54,280 nucleotides of DNA from the NCBI GenBank assembly GCA_028876655.1, contig JAGWRA010000118.1:1-54280 (forward strand), in the 5' to 3' direction. The translations under genes and the position numbers were made by a program. Under the pieces are notes generated by a model. That model was not told the origin of the DNA and searched no databases. It saw nothing but the letters and a program-made list of their open reading frames with translations. The first letter of the stretch is position 1, and every line of letters begins with the position of its first letter. Shown here piece after piece: positions 8,723 through 18,059 of this stretch. The DNA is from Acidobacteriota bacterium. Its GTDB lineage: Bacteria; Acidobacteriota; Vicinamibacteria; Vicinamibacterales; CAVVIG01.

Positions 8723-11185
8723 TCAGTGGCGCCCCCAGAGCAGCTCGAAGAAGCCGTCGAACGAGCGCGGCGCCGGGTTGTAGGTGGTCCCGTAGGCCGC
8801 GTTCGCGACGTCGGTCTGGATGTCGCGGGCGTTGTTGGCCGAGACGAGGTTGAAGACCTGCAGCCCGAGGCGCGCCGCCGGCAGCCGCCGCGACACCCGC
8901 ACGACCTTGTAGAGGGCCAGGTTCAGCGAGGCGAACGGCGCATAGCGCTGCCCGTTCTGCAGGCCGACGACGTTCCACTGGTCGTCGATGGCGGTGTAGG
9001 GGAAGCCGCTGCGGACCTCGACGAACGGTGACAGGCTCAGCTGGAGCGGGAGCTGCAGCAGCCCCCAGGTCAGCAGCCGGTTCGGCGTGTCGACGGCCAG
9101 CGGCCCGATGGCATCGGGTTGCACGAGCGGGACCTTGAACAGCCCGTCGATGGTGTTCAGATCGTTCAGGTCTCCGGTCGTGGAGGACCGCACGTAGGAG
9201 ACGTACCACTCGTTCCCGTTGCCGAGCGAGCGGTATCCCACGGTCGTCTCCACGCTCCAGGCGTGCGACCGGCCCGTGCTGCCGAGGGCCAGTACGCCCG
9301 CGGTCGCCGACAGGATCTCCGGCGTCACGACGGGCTCGTCGGTGCCCTGCCGGTCCTCGTACTTCACGCGCGTCAGCCAGCCGCCGTGGAAGTCGTGGTC
9401 GAACTCGAGGCTCCAGCTGCGGGCCCGCGGGATCCGCATCGGCCCGCTGACCGTGTTCTGGTCGAGCCGCGCCGGGCCGTCGGCGGTCCCCTGAACCGTG
9501 TACAGCTGAACGAGCCGGGCGGGCAACTGGCCAAAGGTCAGCGCCTGCAGCACGACCTTGTCGGCGAACACCCCGAATCCGCCGCTGAGGGTCGATGCGC
9601 CGCCGGGCAGCTTCAGCGTCCACCCGAGCCGGGGCTCCACCACGCCCGAGACGGCGGCCGACGACCGGTCGTAGCGCAGACCGAGATCGACCGTCAGCGG
9701 GTTGATCGGTGTCCAGCTGTCCTGGAGGAAGGCGTCCGCCTCCCAGGTCGAGGCCGCCAGCACGGCCGCGTCCGGAAAGCTGATGGTCTGGCCGAGCGTG
9801 CCGTCGCTGCGCAGGAACGACACCGGCGCCCCCTGGTCCCGCCCGGTGGTCGTGGCGTAGCTGACCGTCGCGCCGGCCTTCAGCAGGTGCTGCTGCCTGC
9901 CCGCCGACACCAGCCGGCTCAGCGTCGCGCCGGTTTCCACGCGGTCGGCCGTGTCGCTCTGCGTGTCGAAGTAGCTCCCGGTCGTCACGTCGTGGCCGAC
10001 CACGTAGGGATCGGTGCCGTGCGGCACGACCGAGTCGTCAGTGTGGATCACCGCGAAGCGCGACTCCAGCGTGGTCGATCCGCCGAATGTCAGGCGGTCG
10101 GCCGCCGTGCCGCTCCAGCCCCCCTGATGGAGCTGCGGGTTGGTCGCGAGCGGGGTGAACTGCGTGACGCCGGCGTAGTCGGTCGTCTGCGGATCGCTGA
10201 GGAACGAGAAGCTCAGGTGATGCCGGGCCGTCGGCTGCAGGTCGAGCTGCGACATCGTCGTCAGCGACGTGAACAGGTTGAACTGCGTGCCGGCCGCCGT
10301 CTCGAACTGGTTCTCGTTGTACTGGTAGTCGAGCGACTCGGCGAACCAGGCCTTGCCCTTCACGATCGGCCCGCGCAGGCCGACGCTCGGCTCCCACGAC
10401 TCGACACCGCCCAGGAATCCGCTCCCGCTGAACCGCATGCGCGGAACGAAGCCGATGGTGCTGAACTGGAACAGATCGCTGCCGGGGCGGGTGTCGACGG
10501 TCGTGACGCCGCCCGACGCGTCGCCCAGATCGGCGGGATAGAACCCGGAGTACACCTGGATCGAACCGACCGACTCGAGCGGAATGATCGTCGACGGCTC
10601 GCCGTTCAGCGGATCGGACTCGTTGAAGCCGTTCATCCGGAGGCCGCCCTGCTCGGTGCGCGCCCCGGCGACGCTGATCTGGCCGTCGGGCGCCCGGACG
10701 ACGTTCGGCAGCAGCGGCAGCGCGTCGGTGTAGACGTTGTTCCACAGGAGCGCGTTGTCGAACAGCTTGCGCGTGACGATGGCCGGCCGGTCCACGCCCG
10801 GGCTCGAGACGAGCGCGTGCGGCTCGGCCACCACGGTGACCTCGGTGTTCAGCGCCGCCAGCTGCAGCGTGACGTCCACCTCGAGCGGTGGCGAGCCGAC
10901 CAGGACGTCCGCACGCGAGTAGCCCTGGAATCCCGCGAGGGCGGCGCGCAGGTCGTACCGGCCGGCAGGCGCGTGGATGGTGTAGGTGCCGGTTTCGTCG
11001 GTGACCGCCGTCAGTGGCGTCCCCGAGGGGCGCGGCACCAGCTCGACGGTCACGCCCGGAAGCGCGAGACCGCTGGCGTCAACGATCTTCCCGTGGACAC
11101 CGCTGTCGCCCGCCGCGAGGGCGGCGACGCCGAAGCCTGCTGCCAGGAGGACGGGCAGCACGAGACGCCGCAGGCTCACAATCAT
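8723..11185 (-). CDS. TonB-dependent receptor-like outer-membrane protein with N-terminal carboxypeptidase-regulatory-like domain
   Basis: Signal peptide; VHGKIVDASGLALPGVTV...TDETGTY; plug-like LPNVV...SGGV; AFLQDSW..LTVDLGLRYD and PRLG barrel motifs. Confidence 0.8.
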   Translation of the reverse strand: MIVSLRRLVLPVLLAAGFGVAALAAGDSGVHGKIVDASGLALPGVTVELVPRPSGTPLTAVTDETGTYTIHAPAGRYDLRAALAGFQGYSRADVLVGSPPLEVDVTLQLAALNTEVTVVAEPHALVSSPGVDRPAIVTRKLFDNALLWNNVYTDALPLLPNVVRAPDGQISVAGARTEQGGLRMNGFNESDPLNGEPSTIIPLESVGSIQVYSGFYPADLGDASGGVTTVDTRPGSDLFQFSTIGFVPRMRFSGSGFLGGVESWEPSVGLRGPIVKGKAWFAESLDYQYNENQFETAAGTQFNLFTSLTTMSQLDLQPTARHHLSFSFLSDPQTTDYAGVTQFTPLATNPQLHQGGWSGTAADRLTFGGSTTLESRFAVIHTDDSVVPHGTDPYVVGHDVTTGSYFDTQSDTADRVETGATLSRLVSAGRQQHLLKAGATVSYATTTGRDQGAPVSFLRSDGTLGQTISFPDAAVLAASTWEADAFLQDSWTPINPLTVDLGLRYDRSSAAVSGVVEPRLGWTLKLPGGASTLSGGFGVFADKVVLQALTFGQLPARLVQLYTVQGTADGPARLDQNTVSGPMRIPRARSWSLEFDHDFHGGWLTRVKYEDRQGTDEPVVTPEILSATAGVLALGSTGRSHAWSVETTVGYRSLGNGNEWYVSYVRSSTTGDLNDLNTIDGLFKVPLVQPDAIGPLAVDTPNRLLTWGLLQLPLQLSLSPFVEVRSGFPYTAIDDQWNVVGLQNGQRYAPFASLNLALYKVVRVSRRLPAARLGLQVFNLVSANNARDIQTDVANAAYGTTYNPAPRSFDGFFELLWGRH

Positions 11186-11318
11186 GGATAACGTCGCCGA
11201 TCGTGCCGGTCTTTACCGGCGCTTCCCGGGAACCTTCTCCGTTAGACCGCTGGCGCAGGGGGGACGTGACACGATGGAAGGCGACCTGGACGGTCGTGGC
11301 GGCCGGGGAAATTTCCTC

Positions 11319-12758
11319 TCAGTGCGGATGAGCTGCCTCGCGGAGGATCGCCGCAGATTCCTCGGCAAGATCCTGCACGCACGCGTCGATCTGCGCGTGG
11401 CGCGTCCGGAAGCTGAGCACGCAGACACGGCCGAGGAAGCGGCCGGCGGCGGTGCAACCGGTGAGCATCACGCGTCCGCGGGCGGTGACACGCGCCAGCA
11501 GGCTGCGGGTGGCGGCGTTCTCGGCGTCCGGGCTGGCGCCCGGCCACGTCAGGTGGAAGGCGAAGAGCGACAGCTGGGGCGGCGCGTCGAGGACGATGCC
11601 GGGGATGGCGGCGATCCGCCGGGCCGCCTCGACGGCGAGCGCCCGCTTCTCGGCAATCGCCGCCCGCAGCCGGGCCGCGCCGAGCAACTGCACGCAGAGC
11701 CAGACGCGCAGCCCCGGGAAGCCGCGCGACAGTTCGGGGCCGTGCTGGCTGGGATCGTAGAATTCCGAGGCATCCGGCATCGGCGGCAGATACGGCGCGT
11801 CCGCCTCGTGCGCCGCCCGCAGGGCCGCGCCGTCGCGCACGAGCAGGGCGCCCGTGCCGTAGGGCAGGAACAGCCCCTTGTGCGGGTCGAGCGTCAGCGA
11901 GTCGGCGCGCGGCAGGCCGGCGAGCAGCGGCCGCAACTCGGGGCAGGCGTGGAAGAAGGCGCCGTACGCGCCGTCGACGTGGTGCCAGAGCCGCTCGTCC
12001 GCGCAGAAGTCGGCAATCGCGTCGAGCGGATCGACCGCGCCGGTGTTCGTGGTGCCGGCGGTCGAGACCACCATGAACGGCGTCAGGCCGGCCGCGCGGT
12101 CGCGCGCCACGGCGTCGGCCAGCTCGGCCGTGCGCATCCGGAACGCCTCGTCGACCGGGATCGGCCGGACGCGGTCGGGCATGATGCCGGCCAGCTTGGC
12201 CGACTTCAGCACCGAGTGGTGGACCTGGTTCGAGGCGTACAGCACGCCGCGCCGGATGTCGGGGCCGAGCTGGCGCTCGCGCGCCGCGACGATGGCGTTG
12301 AAGTTCGCCATCGATCCACCCGTGGTCAGCAGGCCGCGGGTGGTCTCGGGGAACTGCATCCAGTCGCGGAACCAGTCGAGCACGTTCGCCTCGAGCTGCA
12401 CGAGCGCGGGCGCGGCGAGCCAGATTCCGGTGAAGCGGTTCGCGGTGTCGGCGATGAGGTCGGCCAGTGCGGCCGGGAACAGTCCGCCCCCGGGGATGTA
12501 GGCGAGGTAGCCGGGCGAGATCGTCGTGAACGACTGCGGGATCCAGCGGTCGAAGAGCTGCGCGAGGAGCGGCTCGAGCGCGGCCGGCTGTTCGGGCGCC
12601 GGCGCCCGCATCGCCCGGTACTCGTCGAGCGCATCGACGCGGCCGCAGGCCGGCTGGCTGGCGGCCGACGCCACGTGCGCCACGGCGCGGGCGAGCACGG
12701 CCTCGCCCATCGCGCGCATCACGTCTGGGCTGAACTCGAGATCGGCCGGGTCGGTCAC
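11319..12758 (-). CDS. Group II PLP-dependent decarboxylase (aromatic L-amino acid decarboxylase-like)
   Basis: GGSMAN, HHSVLK, AGTTNTGAVD, HVDGAYG and DPHK motifs; GTG start at 12758 after GGAGG. Confidence 0.88.
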   Translation of the reverse strand: MTDPADLEFSPDVMRAMGEAVLARAVAHVASAASQPACGRVDALDEYRAMRAPAPEQPAALEPLLAQLFDRWIPQSFTTISPGYLAYIPGGGLFPAALADLIADTANRFTGIWLAAPALVQLEANVLDWFRDWMQFPETTRGLLTTGGSMANFNAIVAARERQLGPDIRRGVLYASNQVHHSVLKSAKLAGIMPDRVRPIPVDEAFRMRTAELADAVARDRAAGLTPFMVVSTAGTTNTGAVDPLDAIADFCADERLWHHVDGAYGAFFHACPELRPLLAGLPRADSLTLDPHKGLFLPYGTGALLVRDGAALRAAHEADAPYLPPMPDASEFYDPSQHGPELSRGFPGLRVWLCVQLLGAARLRAAIAEKRALAVEAARRIAAIPGIVLDAPPQLSLFAFHLTWPGASPDAENAATRSLLARVTARGRVMLTGCTAAGRFLGRVCVLSFRTRHAQIDACVQDLAEESAAILREAAHPH

Positions 12759-12824
12759 GTGCACCTCCAGCCCCACGATACTGCGCCCGGGCCGCGGCCG
12801 GCTATCCGCAACGTGCGGTTCGAA

Positions 12825-12930
12825 GAGGACTTCGCCGAAGGCCACGCGAGCCCGAGGACATGCGGATCCGAGGGCGAGCGTCGGCGTCGGTTCCGCGCGG
12901 GGGTGGGGCCCCGCGCGCACTGAAGAATGC
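12825..12930 (+). repeat. Dispersed palindromic repeat, family A (copy 3, long form)
   Basis: GAGGACTTCGCCGAAGGCCA...CCGAGGA...ATCCGAGG...CGCGCGGGGGTGGGGCCCCGCGCGCACTGAAGAATGC; close match to 43492-43597. Confidence 0.88.
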
Positions 12931-12955
12931 CCGGGTTCGGGGCAGAGCCCCGGGT
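12931..12955 (-). repeat. Palindromic repeat, family B
   Basis: Reverse complement contains CGGGGCTCTGCCCCGAACCC, matching CGGGGCGCTGCCCCGAACCC at about 29378. Confidence 0.6.
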
Positions 12956-12956
12956 C

Positions 12957-14522
12957 TCAATGCGCTGCGACGGTGCCCGGCTTGCCGCTCGGCCGGCGCA
13001 TCAGCAGCACCAGCGGGAGGGCGGCGAAGAACAGCAGGCCGAACCAGAGGAAGATCTCGACGAACGACATCATCGTGGCCTGCCGTTCCACGGTGCCGAA
13101 GAGGGCGAGGTAGGCCTGGTGGGTGGCGGTGGTCGGGTCGGAGCCGGCCGCCATGAAGCCGGCGCGCATCTCCTGCAGGAGGACGCGCGAGGTCTCGCTG
13201 TACGCGTTCACGTGCGCGCCCATCACGTTGATGTGCACCTGCGCGCGGCGCGCGAGCAGGGTCGAGGCGGTCGCGATGCCGACGCTGCCGCCGATGTTGC
13301 GCATCACGTTGAACAGGCTCGTGGCGTTCCCCATCCGCTCCTTCGGGATCGGGTCCATCGTGATCGTGGTCAGCGGCACGAAGACGAATGCCATCCCCAT
13401 CCCCTGCACGAACTGGGGCCAGAAGATGTCCCAGTAGCCGGCGTTCAGGTTGATCCAGGACAGCCAGACGAGCGTCCAGGCGCTCACGCCGACCCCGATC
13501 GCCAGGATCTTCCGGGCGTCGTACTTGCCGAGTATCATGCCGACGATCGGCATGAAGATGAACGACCCGATGCCGCGCGGGGCCATGGCGATGCCGGCCT
13601 GGAGGGCCGGGTAGCCGAACAACGTCTGGAGCATGATCGGCAGCAGCACGAGGCTGCCGTAGAGCACGAATCCGAGCGTCGTCATCAGGAAGACGCCGGT
13701 CGCGTAGGTCCGCTCCTGGAACACGCGCAGGTCGACGACCGGGTTGCCGACCAGCAGCTCCCAGACGATGAACGCCACCAGCAGCACGACGGCCGTGATC
13801 ATCAGGCCGGTGATCCACTGCGACGAGAACCAGTCGACCTCCTGCCCCTTGTCCAGCACCACCTGCAGCGCGCCGATGCCGACCGCCAGCATGCCGATGC
13901 CCCAGTAGTCGATCCCCTTCTCGCTGCGGCGGATGTAGGGGGGATCGAAGATATAGAGCTTCGTCATGATGAGCGAGACGATGCCGACCGGGATGTTGAT
14001 GTAGAACACCCATCGCCAGCTGTAGCTGTCGGTCAGCCATCCGCCCAGCACGGGCCCGAGAATCGGCGCGACGACGATGCCGAGGCCCCAGAAGCCCATG
14101 GCCTTGCCACGCTCGTGCGGCGGGAAGGCCTCGAGCAGCACGGCCTGCGAGATCGGCTGCAGCGCCCCGCCGGTCGCCCCCTGGATGACGCGGAAGAAGA
14201 CCAGCATCGGCAGGTTCGGCGCGAGCCCGCAGAGGAACGAGGCGACCGTGAAGCCGGCCACCGACGACATCAGCAGCCGCTTGCGGCCGAACGTGTTCGC
14301 GAGCCAGCCGGTGATCGGCAGGATGATGGCGTTCGCCACCAGGTACGACGTGAGCGCCCAGGTCGACTCGTCGACCGTGGCCGACAGGCTGCCCGCGATG
14401 TGCGGCAGCGACACGTTGACCACCGTGGTGTCGAGCACCTCCATGAAGGTGCCGAACATCACCGCCACGGCGATGATCCAGGGGTTGATGTGCCGGTGTC
14501 CCGGCGAGACGTCGTCTGTCAT
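12957..14522 (-). CDS. emrB: DHA2 family MFS efflux permease (EmrB/QacA)
   Basis: FMEVLDTTVVNVSLPHIAG, W..TSYL, GRKR, APILGPVLGG and WRWVFYINIP motifs. Confidence 0.92.
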   Translation of the reverse strand: MTDDVSPGHRHINPWIIAVAVMFGTFMEVLDTTVVNVSLPHIAGSLSATVDESTWALTSYLVANAIILPITGWLANTFGRKRLLMSSVAGFTVASFLCGLAPNLPMLVFFRVIQGATGGALQPISQAVLLEAFPPHERGKAMGFWGLGIVVAPILGPVLGGWLTDSYSWRWVFYINIPVGIVSLIMTKLYIFDPPYIRRSEKGIDYWGIGMLAVGIGALQVVLDKGQEVDWFSSQWITGLMITAVVLLVAFIVWELLVGNPVVDLRVFQERTYATGVFLMTTLGFVLYGSLVLLPIMLQTLFGYPALQAGIAMAPRGIGSFIFMPIVGMILGKYDARKILAIGVGVSAWTLVWLSWINLNAGYWDIFWPQFVQGMGMAFVFVPLTTITMDPIPKERMGNATSLFNVMRNIGGSVGIATASTLLARRAQVHINVMGAHVNAYSETSRVLLQEMRAGFMAAGSDPTTATHQAYLALFGTVERQATMMSFVEIFLWFGLLFFAALPLVLLMRRPSGKPGTVAAH

Positions 14523-15136
14523 CGTTCCAGGCCGTTCCAGATGAGGTCGACCACGAAGACCACCTCCTCGTCCACCGTGCGCGTCGAGCCGCGCAGCGCG
14601 CGCTCGCCGTTCAGGCCGCGCGTCAGCTCGGCGATGACGAGCGCCACCTTGCCGGCGTCGAGCGGCCGCATGGCGCCGCGGTCGGAGGCGCCGTCGATGG
14701 CCGCCGCCAGCATGGCGATCTGCTGCTCGTACATCTCGCGGACGAACCGCTGCGAGGCGGGGAGGACGTTCAGCAGGTTGGTGAACTCGGAGTAGTAGAT
14801 GCGGAAGAAGTCGCGGTGCTCGTCGAAGTAGGTCAGCCGGGTCCGGACGAAGGCCCGGATCCGATCCTTCACCGTCGACACGCCGGCAAGCTCGTCGCGC
14901 AGCCGGGCGAGCAGCTGCTCGAGGCCGCTGCGGACGGAGGCCAGATAGATGGCGCGCTTGGAGCGGTAGTACAGGTAGAGCGTCCCCTTGGCAACGCCGG
15001 CCACCTGGGCGATCTCGTCGACGGTGGCGTCGGCGAACCCCTTGGCGGCGAAGACCGAGCGGGCGGCGGCCATGATTTCGGCGCTGCGGAACTCGGACAG
15101 GACGTCGTGACGGGTCCGTTGGCGGGCGGCTGACAT
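14519..15136 (-). CDS. TetR/AcrR family regulator
   Basis: IMAAARSVFAAKGFADATVDEIAQVAGVAKGTLYLYY; 4-nt overlap with emrB. Confidence 0.92.
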   Translation of the reverse strand: MSAARQRTRHDVLSEFRSAEIMAAARSVFAAKGFADATVDEIAQVAGVAKGTLYLYYRSKRAIYLASVRSGLEQLLARLRDELAGVSTVKDRIRAFVRTRLTYFDEHRDFFRIYYSEFTNLLNVLPASQRFVREMYEQQIAMLAAAIDGASDRGAMRPLDAGKVALVIAELTRGLNGERALRGSTRTVDEEVVFVVDLIWNGLER

Positions 15137-15157
15137 GAGACGGCTATTCCAACAAAA

Positions 15158-15179
15158 TGACCGAGTGGTCAGTATAGCA
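15158..15179 (-). promoter_or_regulatory. Putative TetR operator and extended -10 of tetR-emrB
   Basis: TGACC-N4-GGTCA inverted repeat (15158-15171) abutting minus-strand TGcTATACT; another GGTCA half-site at about 15187. Confidence 0.6.
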
Positions 15180-15198
15180 CGCCGCCGGTCAGTCCGTC

Positions 15199-16476
15199 CT
15201 AGCTCAACCGATCGCGCAGCCCGTACCAGGCCCCCACGGCCGGCAGGAACCACGGTCGCCCACGGTACAGCGGAATCGCCGGACACGGGAGCGTGAACGG
15301 CGGATCTTCCGGCGCCTCACCCATCAGGCGCCGGGCCAGCGCGCGGCCGAGCGCCGTCGCCGGCGCGATCCCCTGGCCCGCGTACCCGGCCGCATAGTGC
15401 CAGCGGCCCAGCCGGCCGGCGTGCGGCAGCCGATCACGCGCGATCCCCACCTGGCCGCCCCATGCCGACTCGACCGGCACTCCCGCGAGCGCGGGAAAGA
15501 TCCGGACGAGGTCGGCGTGCAGCCGGGCGGCGCTCCGGCGCAACGCGCGCGGCGACGGGGTCGCGAACGTGGCGCGGCCGCCGAACAGCAGCCGGCCGTC
15601 GGGTGCGAGATGGAAGTAGTGCAGGAGGTTCCAGGAGTCGTAGACGACCCGCCGGCGGGGGATGAGGCGGAGGGCCACGTCGGCCGGAATGGGAGCCGTC
15701 GCGATCATGTAGGAGCCGATCGCCACGAGCCGCCGCCGGAGGTCCGGCACGGCCGGACCGGTGTACCCGTTGGTGGCGACGATCACCTCGGCCGCACGGA
15801 GCACGCCGCGGTCGGTCTCGACGCGCAGCGCCGCCCCGTCGGGCTCGATGCGGCGGACGCGCGTCCGCTCGTGGAGCCCGGCGCCGGCGCGCACGGCCGC
15901 CCGCGCGAGGCCGCGCACGTAGCGGGCCGGGTGCAGGCGCGCGCTGCGATCGTCGACGACCAGTCCGCAGTAGCCCTCGGATCCCAGCTCGAGGGCCGCG
16001 TCGGCCGGCGGGAGGATCCGCACCTCGTGCCCGAACTCGCGGGCCAGCAGGTCCCGCTCGTGCCGGGCCGCGTCGAAGTGCGAGGGCTTCGCGGCTGCCT
16101 CGATGTGGCCGCACCGGACAAACTCGCAGTCGATCGCCTCGTCGGCAATCAGCCGCTCGAGGGCGTCGATCGCCTCCAGCGCCCAGGCGAACCAGGCACG
16201 CGCAGCCTGGCGGCCATAGCGGTGGATCAGCGTGCCGGCGTCGATCGGCAGGCCGGTGAGCACCTGCCCGCCGTTCCGCGAGCTGGCTCCCCACCCGACG
16301 GTCTCCGCCTCGAGCAGGCAGACCCGTCCGCCGCGGATGGCGATCTCGCGCGCGGCGGCCAGCCCGGTGTAGCCGCCGCCGACGATGGCCACGTCCGTCC
16401 GCGCGGGCAGCGGCGCCTCCGGCACCGCCAGCGCCGGCGCCGTCGTCCACCAGTAGGGGGTGCCGCTGGGGTTCAT
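15199..16476 (-). CDS. FAD-dependent oxidoreductase (PuuB/DAO family)
   Basis: IVGGGYTG, GWGASSRNGG, LHP.RY and VATNGY motifs. Confidence 0.88.
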   Translation of the reverse strand: MNPSGTPYWWTTAPALAVPEAPLPARTDVAIVGGGYTGLAAAREIAIRGGRVCLLEAETVGWGASSRNGGQVLTGLPIDAGTLIHRYGRQAARAWFAWALEAIDALERLIADEAIDCEFVRCGHIEAAAKPSHFDAARHERDLLAREFGHEVRILPPADAALELGSEGYCGLVVDDRSARLHPARYVRGLARAAVRAGAGLHERTRVRRIEPDGAALRVETDRGVLRAAEVIVATNGYTGPAVPDLRRRLVAIGSYMIATAPIPADVALRLIPRRRVVYDSWNLLHYFHLAPDGRLLFGGRATFATPSPRALRRSAARLHADLVRIFPALAGVPVESAWGGQVGIARDRLPHAGRLGRWHYAAGYAGQGIAPATALGRALARRLMGEAPEDPPFTLPCPAIPLYRGRPWFLPAVGAWYGLRDRLS

Positions 16477-16487
16477 GCGCTCTCGCG

Positions 16488-17090
16488 TCAGACCCTCTTC
16501 TGCAGCCGCACCTCGTCGCGGATGCGGATGCCGCCGAAGCCGGTGACCTCGCGGCCGCCGAGGTGGCTGAGCACGCCGCCGGGGACGACTTCTTCGATCT
16601 CGAATCCGTGCCGCTGGTAGAAGTACAGCGCCGGCAGGTTGTCGTTCGTCGTCGCGACGACGAGCCGGGCGAGGCCGAGGCGGCGCGTCATGATCTCGGC
16701 TTCAGCGAGCAGGTAGCCGCCGACGCCGGATCGCTGCCACATCGGATCGGTGGCGAGGGCGATGATGTGGAAGGCGTCGCCGCGCTGCCGGTACACGAGG
16801 ACGCCGCCGAGTTCGTCGCGCATCTCGGCGACGATGGCCGGGGCGTCGTCGAGCGGGACGTCCTCGCCGTAGGCGACGATCGTCCCCGTGTGGCCGAAGT
16901 CGCGCGCCAGCAGCTCGGTCAGCGGCTGGCGATCGGCATCGTTTGCGGGCCGCACGTAGACCGGCGGCAGGTCGAGGTGCGGCCGGCAGCCGCAGACGAC
17001 CTGGAGGCGCGCCTCGTTCCAGTCCACGAGCCGGCCGCAGCGCGAGCAGCGGAGCACGGCCGGCTTGGCACCGAATCCCCCTGTCACCAT
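16488..17090 (-). CDS. GNAT N-acetyltransferase with Cys-rich N-terminal extension
   Basis: C-terminus of ORF 16488..20684; QRSGVG acetyl-CoA motif, TTNDNLPALYFYQRHGF; N-terminal CSRC...CGC; GGGAG RBS. Confidence 0.85.
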   Translation of the reverse strand: MVTGGFGAKPAVLRCSRCGRLVDWNEARLQVVCGCRPHLDLPPVYVRPANDADRQPLTELLARDFGHTGTIVAYGEDVPLDDAPAIVAEMRDELGGVLVYRQRGDAFHIIALATDPMWQRSGVGGYLLAEAEIMTRRLGLARLVVATTNDNLPALYFYQRHGFEIEEVVPGGVLSHLGGREVTGFGGIRIRDEVRLQKRV

Positions 17091-17173
17091 GATGCGTTCT
17101 CCCTTCCCGTGCGGGGCCCCGCCTCCGCCGGACGCGGCCGGCCTCCTCCCTCCGCGCCCGCCGGACGGGCCGT

Positions 17174-17968
17174 CTACGCGGTCTTCGCGGGCGGCCTCGG
17201 GCGCCGCACGACCCACCAGATGAGGGCGACGAACATGAGGACGACCAGCGCCCCCATCAGCGCGAACAGGATCAGCGTGCGGTACAGGATCGACTGCGTC
17301 TGCATCCGCGCCTGCATGTCCAGCGGCACGCCGGCCAGACGGTCGGTGAGCCGCTGCTCCCAGAGCAGCACGTTGCCGCGGAGCAGGTGGTCGGGGCCGG
17401 CGTTGTGGAAGGTGATGACGCTCGGCAGGTGCAGCCGGAACGCCACCATCTCCTGACCGGTCCAGCCGACGTCGCCGACCGGCTTGTCGGCCGAGGCCCC
17501 GAGCTGTTCGCGGTACGCGTACTCCGGTCCGGCGCGATGGAACTCGTACCGCGCCCAGGAGAAGGGGGCGGCGCGCGACAGCTGGCGGATGTCCGGGACG
17601 TCGAGCCGCACGTGCACGTAGCGCCGGCCGCCGCGCAGCGACGCCGTGACCTGGGTCACCTGCGCCTCCGGGCTCGTGTACAGCGCGCGGACCCTGGCGA
17701 GATCGACCGGCGTCACCGGGTCCGTGCTCAGGTCGAAGCCGCGCAGCGCGTCGAGTGCGGCCGTCGATCCGCTGACGTAGACCGTCGCCGATCCGTCGAG
17801 CGACAGGTAGACGTCCTCCTCGTACTCGTACAGCCGGAACGAGACGCCCCGGCACCCGCTGAGCACCAGCAGCACGCACGCGAGCGCGGCCGCCATGGCG
17901 CCCCGCCCGCTCCACGCCCGCCGCACCGCGGCCCGTTCCCCGCCGCGCGATCCGCCGAAAGTGACCAT
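17174..17968 (-). CDS. Hypothetical lipoprotein with C-terminal transmembrane anchor
   Basis: Lipobox LVLSGC; LSLDGSA motif; C-terminal hydrophobic helix followed by RRPR. The start could be a later ATG. Confidence 0.7.
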   Translation of the reverse strand: MVTFGGSRGGERAAVRRAWSGRGAMAAALACVLLVLSGCRGVSFRLYEYEEDVYLSLDGSATVYVSGSTAALDALRGFDLSTDPVTPVDLARVRALYTSPEAQVTQVTASLRGGRRYVHVRLDVPDIRQLSRAAPFSWARYEFHRAGPEYAYREQLGASADKPVGDVGWTGQEMVAFRLHLPSVITFHNAGPDHLLRGNVLLWEQRLTDRLAGVPLDMQARMQTQSILYRTLILFALMGALVVLMFVALIWWVVRRPRPPAKTA

Positions 17969-17975
17969 CCGGCCA

Positions 17976-17985
17976 ATGATATACT
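17976..17985. promoter_or_regulatory. Overlapping divergent -10 elements (polA / lipoprotein)
   Basis: ATGATATACT gives TATACT on + and TATCAT on -, sharing the TA dinucleotide. Confidence 0.55.
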
Positions 17986-18059
17986 GACCCCGTCAGCCAG
18001 CGCTTCTCACCGCTCCCGGCATCGGACGAGCCGTACGCCCCGCGCCCCGACACGCAGCA

